The notes: a model not told the origin generated them from the letters alone. A DNA stretch of 64,000 nucleotides from Octopus sinensis (GCF_006345805.1 NW_021834791.1:8866-72865); one strand, 5' to 3'. Positions 37,967-52,045 are shown, counted from the first letter of the stretch. Numbers and translations: made by a program.

Positions 37967-38223
37967 CTCAAACATACACACACACATGCATGTATCTGAG
38001 TATATAAGAATATATACATACACACACATATGTACGGAGTCCGATTATCTAAAATTTTCCTTATATGCAAAGCAAACATACGTTGATCTATATGGTTACA
38101 TACGTCCATACATAGAGAAGCATACACACACATACAATTGTACATAAATTCATGTTTACACATACATATATACAAAGATACATGTATAAACATATAGATG
38201 TGCGAGTGTACGTGAGTTTGTAA

Positions 38224-38255
<32 letters not shown>

Positions 38256-38838
38256 ATATATATATATAAACATGCGTATATATGTGTGCGTGTGTGTATA
38301 ACTTTATAGACCTGCATTTTTATGAATATATTTATTGCAGCTACGTAAAAGCTGTGATATCTATAAATGTTTGTGGCTTTACATTTATATCTCTCGACAA
38401 TATATCATATGTGTGTGGATGTATGTGTGTGAGTGTGTGTGTATATACACACAAATATAGATATAAGTATGTATATACGTATCCATATATATATATACAT
38501 ATAAATATATATAGTTTTATATATATATATATAATATACATATAGCCATGCTTGATTGAGTCAATGAAATGTGACGTAATTGGCAGTGACCTAATACACA
38601 TTCTGTGGCAGCTTCCAAACTTCTGGAACTGAAATAATATGGTTCCAAGCTCTGTTAGTGTTTTTCTCTTTGAAGTCTTTCGTAGGGATAATTGCATTTA
38701 TTAAGGTTCATTTAGACTTCCAGCCTTGCTTTTGTACACAGAGGCAGGCATTCATTTGTTGATATATGAATATGTAGATATACGTATAGGTGTATAGTTG
38801 TATATGTGTATATATGTGTGTATGCATGCGTACGTATG

Positions 38839-38874
<36 letters not shown>

Positions 38875-39317
38875 TGCACCCATATATGCCCGTATATGTG
38901 CATATGTGTAGACACGTGTATATGTATGTATACATGTATATAGATGTATATGGACATATATATATACACATACACACATACACAAACATATATATTTATA
39001 TACATACATACATACATATATATATATGTATATGTATATACATATATATATGTATATATATATATATTTACATTCATATATGCATGTGTCTGTATGTGTG
39101 TGTATATATATATGTATGAGTGTGTGTATGTGTGTGTATGTGTGTGTGTGTGTGTGTGCACGCGCGCTTGGGAGTATGTGTGCATGTCCTTTCGGTAGAG
39201 TGAGTGAGTCAAAGCTTTAGAAAGACATTCAGTTTCCTTAATAGAAACATCATTGTAGAAGTGAAGATAGGAACAAAGAGAAAGACAGAAAGAGACAGAC
39301 AGAGAAAGACAGAGGAC

Positions 39318-39357
<40 letters not shown>

Positions 39358-40082
39358 AGAGAGTCCGACAGGCTGACAGACAGACAGGCTGAAAGCACTA
39401 TGCAAAATTGTTGCTTCGTCCAAGCATGATAAAAGCTCCCACCATTAGATACAGATTCCTTATCATGCTTGATAAAACACTGAGAAACTATCTACCGGAA
39501 AGTGTTAATATTCTGCAAACCATATCTACTGGATATTAAGGCAACACGTATACATCCATCCGTCCATCCATCCATCCATCCATCCGTGCATACATACATA
39601 AGCATGCATGTATGTATATATGTGCATGCTTATGTATGTAGATATACGTATATGTATGTGTGTAATATATTGTATATATATATATATAATATATATATAT
39701 ATGTATGTATATATGTTATATATATATATGTATGTATATATGTTATATATATGTATATATATATATATTATGTATTATGTATATATATATATGTTAATAT
39801 ATATATATATACGTATATTATAGTGTATGTATGTATGTATTATAATATATATATGTAATATATATATGTATGTATATATGTATATATATATATGTATATT
39901 GTATATATATATTATATGTATATATATATATAATGTATGTATATATGTATATATATATATATGTATGTATATATATATATGTATGTATGTAATATATATA
40001 TATATGTATGTATATTATATATAATGTATGTATATATATATATGTATGTATGTATATAATATATATATATATGTGTGTATAT

Positions 40083-40125
<43 letters not shown>

Positions 40126-40693
40126 ATATGTATATATATATATGTATGTATATATGTATATATATATGTAGATATATATATGTATGTATATTGTATATAT
40201 ATATATGTATAATATATATATACGTATATATATATATGTATGTATATATGTATATATATATATGTATATATATATATGTATGTATATATGTATATATATA
40301 TATGTATATATGTATATATATAATATATGTATATATATATATATTGTATGTATATATGTATATATATATATATGTATGTATATATATATATGTATGTATG
40401 TATATATAATATATATGTAGTATATTATATATATATGTATGTATATATATATATGTATGTATGTATATATATATATATATATGTGTGTTATATATATATA
40501 TATGTATGTATATATATATATATGTATGTATGTATATATATATATATATGTATGTGTATGTATATATATATATACATATATATACGGATATATATGTAAA
40601 TTTGGACAGATATATACATAATATTGACACATATGTACGCGTATATATGCATATATATCTTATATATAGATATATAAAGATAGCTAGATAGAT

Positions 40694-40724
<31 letters not shown>

Positions 40725-40730
40725 TATGAG
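37900..40730. repeat. Dinucleotide microsatellite field, including >1 kb of (TA)/(TG) at ~39600-40680
   Basis: Directly visible; source of the Y/I/C/V ORFs. Confidence 0.9.
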
Positions 40731-41164
40731 TGAATTTATATTTATATGAAAATATTAATATATATACACATAAGATTGTCTCTTTCTATACGTATACTCA
40801 CGTGCGCTCTCTCCCTCTCTCTCTCTCTCTCTCTCAATCCCTCTTCCTCTTTATGTGTGTGTGTGTGTGTCTGTGGTGTGTGTGGTGTGTGTGTGTGTGT
40901 GCCTGTGCGCGCGCATGCGCACGGGTGCGTTTTGCAACAGCAATATGGTAAGAAATGAGAACCGCAGCAGCATGAAAATATACTGAGAACTTTGTAGAAG
41001 TTAAGCTTTATCATTGAAATTTATTCCGTTTTTATTCTCTCGAGAATAATACAATTTGAAGAAATAGTTATGCAATATACAATAATTCTGAATGCTCAAA
41101 ACAAATGTGTGGACAACCCTTCTGACAAGAGAAAGCAATGTCATGACTGAGAATGATACCTGTG

Positions 41165-41550
41165 TGACTCTTAGATGTTGAACTTTGGGACCATCTTAAA
41201 ACATTGAATCTTTATTATGTCCATCGCTCCATCAGTTGCACAATGTGGTAAAATACCACCAACATTGCCGAAACGACCTTAACATCAGATTCGGAATTCA
41301 TCCCAGGCTGGAGCCAGGTGCCATGCACCTCTGCATAATTCGTGCTCACATCACATCAATTTACTGCATTACAGTTGCTTTTCTTCAGGTCCTATTCTCT
41401 TTGACATTATCCCAAAAACAAACCATAGAAAGAGGTTCCATTACCTTCAAACGAAAACCAGGACAAATTTCTTCAAGGGATTACAGACAAGCCACGTTTA
41501 TCTTGATACATCTCAATCAGCATCTCCCTACATCAATGGGCCATGATACC
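41165..41550 (+). mobile_element. CR1-group LINE ORF2 3' end
   Basis: LWDHLKTLNLY...HCRNDLNIRFGIHPRL...GPILFDIIPK...QDKFLQGITDKP...HQWA across frameshifts. Confidence 0.7.
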
Positions 41551-41794
41551 AAACAATTTGGCTTTAAAGCGTCTAACAAATTCTCTCAGATTATGCTATG
41601 TAGTTAAACATGACCTGGAACAATGTTTGGCCGAAATATACATTAATGATCTAAGTTATCTAAATTATATATATATATAAAACATCTTTTACTTGTTTCA
41701 CGGGTTGGACTGCGGTCATGCTGGAATATATTCTTCTATCTCTGTTTAACTATGCTCTGATACAAAATATATTCAATATAAATTTTTGGTGTTT

Positions 41795-41960
41795 GGCGAT
41801 GAGCTGGCAGAATCGTCCGTCTTTATGTTCTGAATACAAATTCCGCCGAGTCGACTTTGCCATTCATCCTTTCGGGATCGATAAATTAAGTACCAGTTGA
41901 ACACTGAGGTCGATGTAATCGACTTCCCCTCCCCCTAAATTTCAGGTCTCGTCTCAATTA
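41795..41960 (+). mobile_element. SINE family B (internally deleted)
   Basis: gagctggcagaatcgt...gtcgactttgccattcatcctttcgggatcgataaattaagtaccag. Confidence 0.75.
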
Positions 41961-42250
41961 TTTGAAATTAATATATGTTCTTGGAAGCCATTAAATCTTG
42001 GCTAAGCAATTATTACATCATTATATATGTTCTAGGTACATCGAACCAGCTAGAAAATTTTAGGAACTTGATTTGCCAGAAATAGCAACAAAATCATTCG
42101 GAAATTTCATTTTACTATCTTTAAAATGTGGAGGTAAAACTAGAAAATGTGTTCTTAAACATACTAAATCTTGAAGAAAATAATGTTGGATTGTCACGAA
42201 ATTACATCTACCAATGCGGCATTGAGCACTCATTTTCATCACTCGACATT

Positions 42251-42291
<41 letters not shown>

Positions 42292-42404
42292 GGAGAAAAA
42301 GAGAGGGATAGATAGATAGATACCTGTAATGTGTATATATATCCTACATAAATTGTAAGTTGTCGTACATTGATTTCTAAACTACTCCATCGGCATCGTA
42401 AAAT

Positions 42405-42960
42405 GGGCCAGATTTCACATCTGATCACTTTTAAAGGGAGCCTATATTTTACATCTGGCATAGATCTATTACTAGCTGAAAGGGTTTTACAGTTTACATC
42501 TAACACCTTGAAAAGGACGCTTATATTTCACATCAGACTTAGGCTTATTACTCGCTGAAAAGGACGCTTAAATTTCACATTTGACAGGTATGGAATGAAG
42601 CCTTTTACAGGTTTGGAATGAAGTTTATGTTTCACACCTGAAACTTGATCTATTACAAGTTGAAAGGAATTTACACATCACGCCTAACCTGGGTCTCATA
42701 CTTGTCGAAAGAGTGGGGTCTTACATTTCACACCTGACTTGGGTTTATTACACGTTCAAAGGCGTTTACATTTCACGTCTGCACTATTATTACCAATTCA
42801 AATGGAACCTAGATTGCACACCTGATCCGGGCATGATTTGAAGCGTATATTTTAAATCTACTCCGAATCTATTAGCAGTGAAAATGGGGCCTACACATCA
42901 CATTTAGTTCGGACCTATTAACCAGCTTTAAACGGACCTAAATACGAACTTAACATCAAA
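42405..42960 (+). repeat. Old degenerate ~45-bp minisatellite (~12 units)
   Basis: atttcacaYct-like anchor at ~42412, 42445, 42492, 42525, 42572, 42629, 42675, 42725, 42770, 42813, 42849 and 42894. Confidence 0.7.
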
Positions 42961-43419
42961 CGCATAAACTTGAGTGTACGATTTTTACCGATGTAGACAG
43001 CAACACGCTTTCTTCCATCTCTGTTTTTACACAATTAAAAAGCAATGTTCAAAACCTAAACTGACTTCCAAAAGACATTCCTGATATAAAAGAAATGAAA
43101 GAAACGGTAAGAAGAGAAAAAAATTACAAGTTTAGATATTTAGCGTCGTACAAAGAATGGTAAACTTAACGAGAAAGAATATATGAATGAATTCAAAGTT
43201 GAGGTTGCACAATTAATCCTTCGTCATTCATCTGTGATTTTATTTTATCTGTTCTTCTATTATTCGAGATTATTGGCGTCTCGTTTTGTGGATGGCGACA
43301 TAGCTTCGCTTCTGAGTAACGATGCGTCTTTTATATCGAAAGATGAAGACAAAATATTCTTTGATCAGCTCCTTTTATAACATGAGCTCTAGCGAACCAG
43401 AACTTGTTGATGTTGTTAT

Positions 43420-43575
43420 TGTTGTTTGTCGAAGTTCTACTAAACAACAACAACAACATCAACAACAACAGCAACAACAACAACAACACTAGAGGACAAA
43501 TGAAATTAATTTTAATATACCCCTTTTATTTTCGCTTGTTTATCAATGAAAACAATTCTGTTTTTCAACACTTGA

Positions 43576-43664
<89 letters not shown>

Positions 43665-44460
43665 CATTTCTGTTGTTGTTGTTGTAGTTGTTGGTGTTTT
43701 TAATTGCCGTCTAAGGTTCCATTTAATATTCCTGATTTGGTCAGTCAACATGGAAAGATATTTCGACTTGATAACGGAAGTCACGATGGTTGCCGATAGC
43801 TTAAGTGTTGCTGTTGCTAGAGCCGGGTCTGCCGCTGCTGCTGCCGTTGTCACTGCCGTTGCTGCTGCTGTTGCTGCTGCTGTTGCTGCTGCGGTTGCTG
43901 CTGTTGTTGATTAATGATGACGATGATAGTGAATATCCACAACTATAATGATAACAACAGTAACAGCGATAACGATTGCAACGACGACGACGATGATGAC
44001 GATGATGATGATGACGATGATGATGACGATGATGATAATGATGATGATGATGGTGATGGTGATGATGATGATGGTGATGATGGTGATGATGATGATGGTG
44101 ATGATGATGATGGTGGCGGTGAGGAGGACGAGGAGGCGGAGGTGGATCAGGATGATGACGATGACGTCGACGATGAGGATGATGATGATGATGATGATAA
44201 TGATGTTGATGATGACGACGACGACGACAATGATGATGATGATGATGATGATGCTGATGATAGTGGTGGTGTTGGTGGCGGCGGTGGTGGCAGTAATGTT
44301 AGTGGTGATGATAAGGATGATGACGACGACGACGATGACGATGATGACGATAATGACGGTGACAACGGAGTTCACGACGACGGTGATGATGGTGATAAAG
44401 ATGACGACGATGATGATCATCATGATGAGGATGTGGAGGAGGAAGAGGAAAGGGGGAAAG
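43420..44460. repeat. (AAC), (ATT), (AGT), (GCT) and long (GAT/GAC) tracts
   Basis: Directly visible; source of the poly-D and poly-M ORFs. Confidence 0.95.
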
Positions 44461-45192
44461 AAGAGAGTAGTTACACCTTCCATACCAAACTTACCAAATC
44501 ACCATTTTTTCTTATCACAAACGGTATCACCTCCAGCCGTACTCTTTCTCACTCTCTTTCCTTCTCTCCTCTTTCCTTCTCTCTCTCTTTCCTTCTCTCA
44601 CTCTCTTTCCTTCTCTCTCTCTTTCTCTCCCTCTCACTCCAAGTGGTTACATGAAATATTTACACGCCAGATAAACTATGAATGAAACACTGAATCTCTA
44701 TAACGATCGATCTACCAAAGATAATCGATTCCCTTCGTTCCTGCTGCAATCATTATCCAGTGTAAAGGATAACGCAATCGTTTATTCATACACTGGATGT
44801 TTCTCAAATCAGGATGTTTCCCCGTGGAATATCCTGTGTCCTGCGCTGCTGAGGCCGCTTATAGTATCATCAAAACTTGACAACAACAACTTATTATATA
44901 TACATATATATATATAACTAATACTATATACATGTGTATGTATATACATATAATACTAATACTAATACTATAAGTATGTGTGTATCTGTGTGTGCATATA
45001 TACATATATATATATAGATATATATATATACATACACACACACATACACACACATATATATACACACACATGCATGAATATATGTATATATATAAACTAT
45101 ATATAATAAATGTGTGTGTATATATATATTATATATATATATATATATATGACATATATACACAACATATATCTGAATATATATACATACAA

Positions 45193-45229
<37 letters not shown>

Positions 45230-45394
45230 GTGTGTGTGTGTGTGAAATTATATGTATGTATGTGGATGTATACCTGCATGTATGTCAGTATGTACGCATG
45301 AATATATGCATGTGTATATGCACATATATATGTGTATATACGTATTCGCGTGTGTATAAATGCTGGATATGTGAAAATGTGCATGTATATATGT

Positions 45395-45426
<32 letters not shown>

Positions 45427-45727
45427 GCATTTACCTCTCTCTCTCTCTCTCTCTCAATATATATACATATATACATATATATATACATACACACAGACAT
45501 ACACACATATATATATATAACTCATACACACATATGCACATGTATATTTATCTCTACAACACATTTAAACGATTGCATTAAGTTATTGCTATATCATTGG
45601 TCAAGTCACTTGGGTGCTTTTGACCAAAACACCAATTATTCTAATAATCTCCAAGCGTCGTCTCGTTTATGCCATCTCTTTGTAAGAAATGACTGGCAGT
45701 AATAATAACAACAACAACAGCAGCAGC

Positions 45728-45794
<67 letters not shown>

Positions 45795-46070
45795 GCTTGG
45801 GAGGTGAAGCAGTTGTGGTCACTGAAAAAGGTCGTTGTAGTACAAATAATTGTCGGAGCCCTGGGAACAGTGAGCAAACATCTTGAGAAGTACATGGAAG
45901 AAATAGGGGCTGCAATAAGGGTGGAGCACTTGCAGAAAACAGCACTGCTTGGGACCGCTCGAATATTCCGGATGGTGTTCGAAAAATAAGGGGTGTTACC
46001 TTAGTTCACTAGTAAGTGAACCGCTGACGCCGTAGTACATCTCCAGCGTTAGAAGCTGTGCAAAGACAAT
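45795..46070 (+). mobile_element. R4/Dong-clade non-LTR retrotransposon 3' end (restriction-like endonuclease C-terminus plus 3' UTR)
   Basis: EVKQLWSLKKVVVVQIIVGALGTVSKHLEKYMEEIG...LQKTALLGTARIFRMV*; (AAT)n on both sides. Confidence 0.85.
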
Positions 46071-46076
46071 ATAACG

Positions 46077-46142
<66 letters not shown>

Positions 46143-46594
46143 GGTTTCAAATTTTGCCATAAGAGTAGCAATTTCGGGGCAGGGTATGAGTTGATTACAT
46201 CAACCCCAGTGTTTAACTGGTACTTATTTTATCGATTCTATCTATTTTCTTTATTGATTTGTAATGTTAACAATGTCGAGACAGTGTAGAAATTATCCCG
46301 ATGTGTTTTATTAAGTCTGTGGATAATTTCTTTTAAAGGATAAAAAAATGTACAATAACATCAGAGATCAAGAAGACTTATAAGCTACTAGCATTATGAC
46401 CCGTCGTTGCCGAGTCACAGTGCTAGTGCATGTATATATGTGTATATATATGTGTACATATTACTTGTACATCTATATATATACATCTACACATAAAATA
46501 CAAAATACAAAGTTATATTTTGATATCGCTAGTAATAACAATACTCAAAATATTTAACAGACTGGAATTTTAGGCCCGTCTCTTGCAATTTCGA

Positions 46595-47634
46595 TCAATT
46601 GTATCTTGTCCTGCAGGGAATGCAGTCAGGTTTCACAAAATACTGTTGTTTCTTGTGTCTATGGGAGAGTCGGCCAACTGCCAGACATTATTCGGAATCA
46701 AACTGGCAGACAAGAACATCATACCGGCCAGGACTGTCTAGCGTCAAGAATATACCTCTTGTAGATCCATGTAATATCCTATTGCCGTCTTTGCACATAG
46801 AGCTTGGACTGATAAAACAGTTTGTACAGACACAAGGGAAGAGAAATACCAGAGGGTTTAAGTATATTGTAGAAAAAGTTTCCCCAAATCACACCGGCGA
46901 AGTTGAAAGTGAGTATCTTAGTTGGACCCCAAATTATCGAAGTACTCAAAGATGTCAACTTCAAGACAACACTGGATGAACTGGAACTGCCTGCTTAGAA
47001 TGCTTTCAATTGGATCGGTAAGAATTTCTTGGGCAACAAGAAGGCAATGGACAACAAGGATAGCATCAAGAATCTTCTGAAATATTACTCAGCAATGGAT
47101 GTCACTGAAAGTTCCCTTCTGGGGCTCACATCTGGATTTCTTCGCAGATAACTTTGGAGTAGTGTCTGATGAACATGGTGAAGGACATTAGTGCTTTAGA
47201 GAAACGGTACCAAGGCTTCTGGAATGACAGTATACTGGCTGACTACTGCTGGACACTTTACCGTGATCAATCAGATCAGAAACACCGCAGGAAATCCAAA
47301 TAACAATGTTTCTAATTCTGTTGTTCTTTGTTTGTCTGACCTATTTTTTTTTTTTTTGGTATTCACTCTTTGTAGAATGATAATGATGATTTTTAACTCA
47401 ATAAACTCTAAAACCAATAGGTGCTTATTGTGCTTAACGTAATAAATATGTGCTTATTTATTATGTTAATGATTTCATATTTACAAATATGTAAATACTT
47501 GCATGTATCTAACTGAAAAACTGATACGTGCTGCATGCAAATGGAGTGAAATTTTGAGATCAGCGTGAAAAATTAGTCAAAAAAAGTTAATGCATTCATT
47601 ATGAGTATAATACATTTAATTTTGTCGACCAGTG
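46595..47634 (+). mobile_element. DNA transposon relic, TcMar-m44-like transposase C-terminal half and right end
   Basis: LQGMQSGFTKYCCFLCLWESR...PLVDPCNILLPSLHIELGLIKQFV...VGPQI...NFLGNK...HLDFF...VSDEHGE...EKRYQGFWNDSILADYCWTLYRD; ends gaccagtg followed by TA. The family label is from recall. Confidence 0.7.
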
Positions 47635-47651
47635 TAAAAATATATAAAATA

Positions 47652-47715
<64 letters not shown>

Positions 47716-47718
<3 letters not shown>

Positions 47719-47935
47719 TTAATAATAACGATGCCTTCAAGTTTATGTTCGTACCACTTTTTTGCTCTGTCAAGTCCATACTTGTTGCAAAGTGTCCAAT
47801 GGGCAATCTTTGTTATATTGTCATGATGTCTCTTATATTCTTTCTGAGTTAATGACGTACATTGACTGGTAATTATGCCATACGGTTTCACCATTTTGTC
47901 TACAAATTCTGCACTTATCACTTTCTGATGTGTCG
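47716..47935 (-). mobile_element. R4/Dong-clade fragment (CCHC zinc-knuckle region)
   Basis: CRICRQNGETVWH(frameshift)TSQCTSLTQKEYKRHHDNITKIAHWTLCNKYGLDRAKKWYEHK; embedded in (AAT)/(ATT) repeats. Confidence 0.85.
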
Positions 47936-47944
47936 TCTAATAAA

Positions 47945-47951
47945 CGAACGA

Positions 47952-48037
<86 letters not shown>

Positions 48038-48197
48038 TATTATTATTATTATTACCATCATCATCATCATCATCATTATCATTATCATTATCATTATTAT
48101 CATTATTATTATTATTATTATTATTGTTGTTGTTGTTATTATTATTATTATTATTATTATCATCATCATCGTCATCGTCATTAACATTATTATTATT

Positions 48198-48271
<74 letters not shown>

Positions 48272-48295
48272 CATTATTATTATTATTATTATTAT
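47945..48295. repeat. (ATT)/(ATC) microsatellite
   Basis: Directly visible. Confidence 0.95.
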
Positions 48296-48296
48296 T

Positions 48297-48510
48297 AAAG
48301 CAGTGAACTGGCACAATCGTTAGCACACTGGGCGAAATGCTTAGCGTTATTTCGCCCGTCGTTCCGTTCTGAGTTCAAATTTCGCCGAGGTCGATTATGC
48401 CTTTCACCCCCTCGGGGTCGATAAAAAAAAGTACCACTTGAATACTGGGGTCGATGTAATCGACTTATCCCGTCCCCTAAAATTGCTGCCCTTAAGGCAA
48501 AATTTGAGAT
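48297..48510 (+). mobile_element. SINE family B
   Basis: Head, core and ggcaaaatttga tail visible. Confidence 0.8.
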
Positions 48511-48550
48511 CATTATTATTCTTATTATTTAGTGGTGCTAGTATTAGTAT

Positions 48551-48585
<35 letters not shown>

Positions 48586-48611
48586 ACTATAACTACTGAG
48601 ATTAGTCATAG

Positions 48612-48815
48612 TAGTTGCTCCAGTTCACTCAGGTGAGAAAAATGAGTTGTATCCATAATTCAAAAGACCAACCTTGGTAGATTCTTTGCCACCCTGAATC
48701 TCCTTGAGAACTACGTTTAGGGTAAGCGTGTCTGCGGAATGCTCAGCCACTTGCACATTAATTTCCACGAGCAAATCGGATCAACGGGAACGCTCATCGT
48801 CGTAACCGACGGAGT
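48612..48815 (+). mobile_element. SINE family D, headless
   Basis: gttgctccagttcactcag...ctcagccacttgcacattaattt...catcgtcgtaaccgacggagtg. Confidence 0.7.
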
Positions 48816-49087
48816 GAATGCAAATTTTATTTATTTATTTATTTATTAACAAATTCTGTTGGACGCTTTAACGATTCCACCATATGTTCGTCATTAAACT
48901 GTAGCGACATCTAGTTTCAGAACCGAACACTAAATATAAAGTACATCGTCTTAACCGACGGAGTGCTAACAAATTTTATTTATTTATTTATTAACTTATT
49001 TTGTTGGACGCTTTAACGATTCCGCCAGCCGTTCGTCATTAAACTGTAGCGACATCTAGTTTCAGAACCGAGCACTAAATATAAAGT
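48796..49087 (+). repeat. Two-copy ~150-bp tandem duplication starting in the SINE D tail
   Basis: catcgtcNtaaccgacggagtg...gttggacgctttaacgattcc...ctagtttcagaaccga.cactaaatataaagta occurs twice. Confidence 0.9.
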
Positions 49088-50196
49088 AATATCGAATCAC
49101 GCCATGATTTTTATTTGCTCGCTTCTATAAAGCTGGAATTATATACTAAGCTCTCCATGGCGGCCCCGACTCAGAAATTATAATGCGCTCATATAGAAGC
49201 TGTTGGTCTCAGCCAGTAACAAATGTCAATTAACATTCAAGATTTTATTTATATCAGTTTTATGTTGTAGCTTCTTTTTTTTTTACCTCTTCTCTTTATC
49301 TTTTCTTCTTCAGATTACACAACAATTGCTCTCTTACATCTATTATTAGTCGCTATTATCTATGCACCATTAGCTTCTGAAAATAGCCATAGATTTATTT
49401 ATTAAAACAATGGAGAATATTAGGTTGGTTTTTAGATCGCAGTGTTCAGCAAATGTCTGGCACTTCCATAACATGTAACCATCACAGAGCAAGCAAGCTA
49501 CTGAGAAAAACAGACAGATAGATAGATAACAGATAGATAGACAGAGAAAGAGAAAGTGGAGAGAAAGACACAAAGATAGATAGCCAGAGATGAAGAAATA
49601 AAGAAATAAAGAGAGGGAACGATAAAGTGTGAGATGATGCCGTGTTTAAGAATTTTCTTGGTGTACTTTTTCGACAGGTGTTTCTTTGTTCTGAGCTGCT
49701 AGAGTCTGTAACTGCAGCTGCTTCGAAAATATATTTTTGGGGCATTGTATTGAGTTTCTGGTTACTTAAACTTGTTATGTCAGCTGCTTCGACTTATTTT
49801 GAGCATTTTGCTATAGATATTCACAGGATTCCGAATAGGAAATTAATAAAACACAAGGAAAAGAGGTGTGGCGGAGATGCAAAAAGAAAAAAAAAGCGAA
49901 TCAGAAAAGTGGTGAGACTGAATAATTTAATACACCTCATATCTGCTGCTTCGTCGATGAGTTTTAAGTGAAATACAAATGACGCTGTGTATATTGTATA
50001 GTGTTAGAGAGATAGGTAGAGGGAGGGGAGGGGAGAAAGAGAGAGAGAGGGGGAGGGAAAGGGAAAGGGGGAGGTACACAGATACACAGGTAGCTTGCTA
50101 GAAATATATAATTAGATATATATATATAGAGAGAGAGACAGTCTGACAGTCAAACAGGCAGACAGACGACAGACAGACAGATAGATAGAGAGATAA

Positions 50197-50229
<33 letters not shown>

Positions 50230-50335
50230 CAGACAGACGGACGGACGGACAGGGAGACAGGGAGACAATGAGAGATAATTTATAGATAGGCATGTAGATG
50301 GACAGACATACAGACAAACTAATATATATATGTAT

Positions 50336-50494
<159 letters not shown>

Positions 50495-50989
50495 GTGATA
50501 ATTCATTATTCATTATTAAATACTCGTTAGTCTTGCTGGGTTTGAATAATGAATAACTAACTTTTGTAGTAAGAAAAAAAATAATGTAATTGGATTTAGT
50601 AAAACAATTACAAGGCAAATTTTGGAAATACAGCGTAAACAGAAGAGAGAAAAAAAACCCAAATCGAATGAAGATCAACAGCATACACTGAGACATCCAT
50701 CCAGGCCCCACCATGTCTAAATCATTTAATGGACATAGTATAAAGGTACGAGCTATTAATAGTTGCTTCTTTCGGAGATGCGGTCAAAGCAGGTTTTTAT
50801 AACACGCTTGTGTCTCCAAGCAATCTATCGGCTCTGAGCACACGATCTACCCAATTTGCAAATCAGGACGCTAGCATAAGAGTCGTAACGAGAAGAAGAT
50901 GATTGCAAAAAATGGAAGGGTGAATAGAAACAGAAAAAGAAAAGGAGAGACACAAAGCATGTTATAAAAAGCTGCCTAGACCCGTGTCT

Positions 50990-51570
50990 CCAAAGCAAGA
51001 AACTATTGGCAGACACATTCTCAATGTTGGCTGGACATTAAAAATTCCAGACACACAGGTCCTGAGAACAGCTGATATCTTGAATATTGAGGCGATGGTT
51101 CACAAACACCGGTTACGTTGGACTGGACACCTTATTAGAATGAAGGATAGCAGGATCCTTAAACAGATGCTATATGAAGAACTTGTGGATGGAAAGAGAC
51201 CCTAGCAGAAACGAAGGCAGCGATTTAAAGACTGTGTGAAGTTCTCATTAAGGGCCTGTGATATGCAGGAGACGGACTGGGAGAACAATGCCTCTCATCG
51301 TCACGGATGGAAGAAGCAGGTTAAGGAGGGGGTCGACACTTTTGGGAGAGCACATATTCAGCAAGAACTTAAGTGTGCTGCTCGAAAGCGCACTACTGGT
51401 CTAGAGAATGTGGAATTCTTGGATTGCAATGTCTGCAGCCATATATGCTTGTCAAGAGCAGGGCTCAGCCACCAACGGAGCCGCAAATGCAAAATATTAG
51501 TCCTTGAGCGCACAACGTTCCTAAAGGTCAGCAATGGTCTTCCTCGGTCACGAGTGGACAGCCATTATCA
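50990..51570 (+). mobile_element. RTE-clade LINE ORF 3' end
   Basis: RHILNVGW...HRLRWTGHLIRMKDSRILKQMLYEEL..GKRP*QKRRQRFKDCVK...CNVCSHICLSRAGLSHQRS. Confidence 0.9.
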
Positions 51571-51644
51571 TCATGTACGTACGTATGCATGCATGTATAT
51601 ATATATATATATATATCTAAAGAGATGAGAGAGACAAAGAGAGC

Positions 51645-51708
<64 letters not shown>

Positions 51709-51844
51709 TAATAATTGATATCTTTTTTTTTCTTTTTCGTCCTTTTCAAGCCTAACCAGGCTCATGGGCCCGGTTTCCCGGGTTCTGTGGCGTATGTGTT
51801 CCCCCAGCTGGACGGGAAGTTACACAAGAAACAGGATGAAACAG

Positions 51845-52045
51845 GCGAAATGCTTAGCGGTATTTCGTCTGCCGCTACGTTCTGAGTTCAAATTCCGCCG
51901 AGGTCGACTTTGCATTTCATCCTTTCGGAATCGATAAATTAAGTATCAGTAACGCCCTGGGGTCGATGTAATCGATTTAGTCCCTTTGTCTGTCCTTGTT
52001 TGCCCCTCTGTGTTTAGCCCCCTGTGTGCAATGAAGAAATAGATG
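51845..52045 (+). mobile_element. SINE family B with the ccctttgtctgtccttgtttg tail
   Basis: Head, core and tail match 17603-17852. Confidence 0.85.

Noticed and set aside
43914-44685. 246-aa acidic (poly-Asp) biomineralisation-type protein
   Set aside because: A pure (GAT/GAC) tract open in three frames, with no signal peptide or splice evidence.
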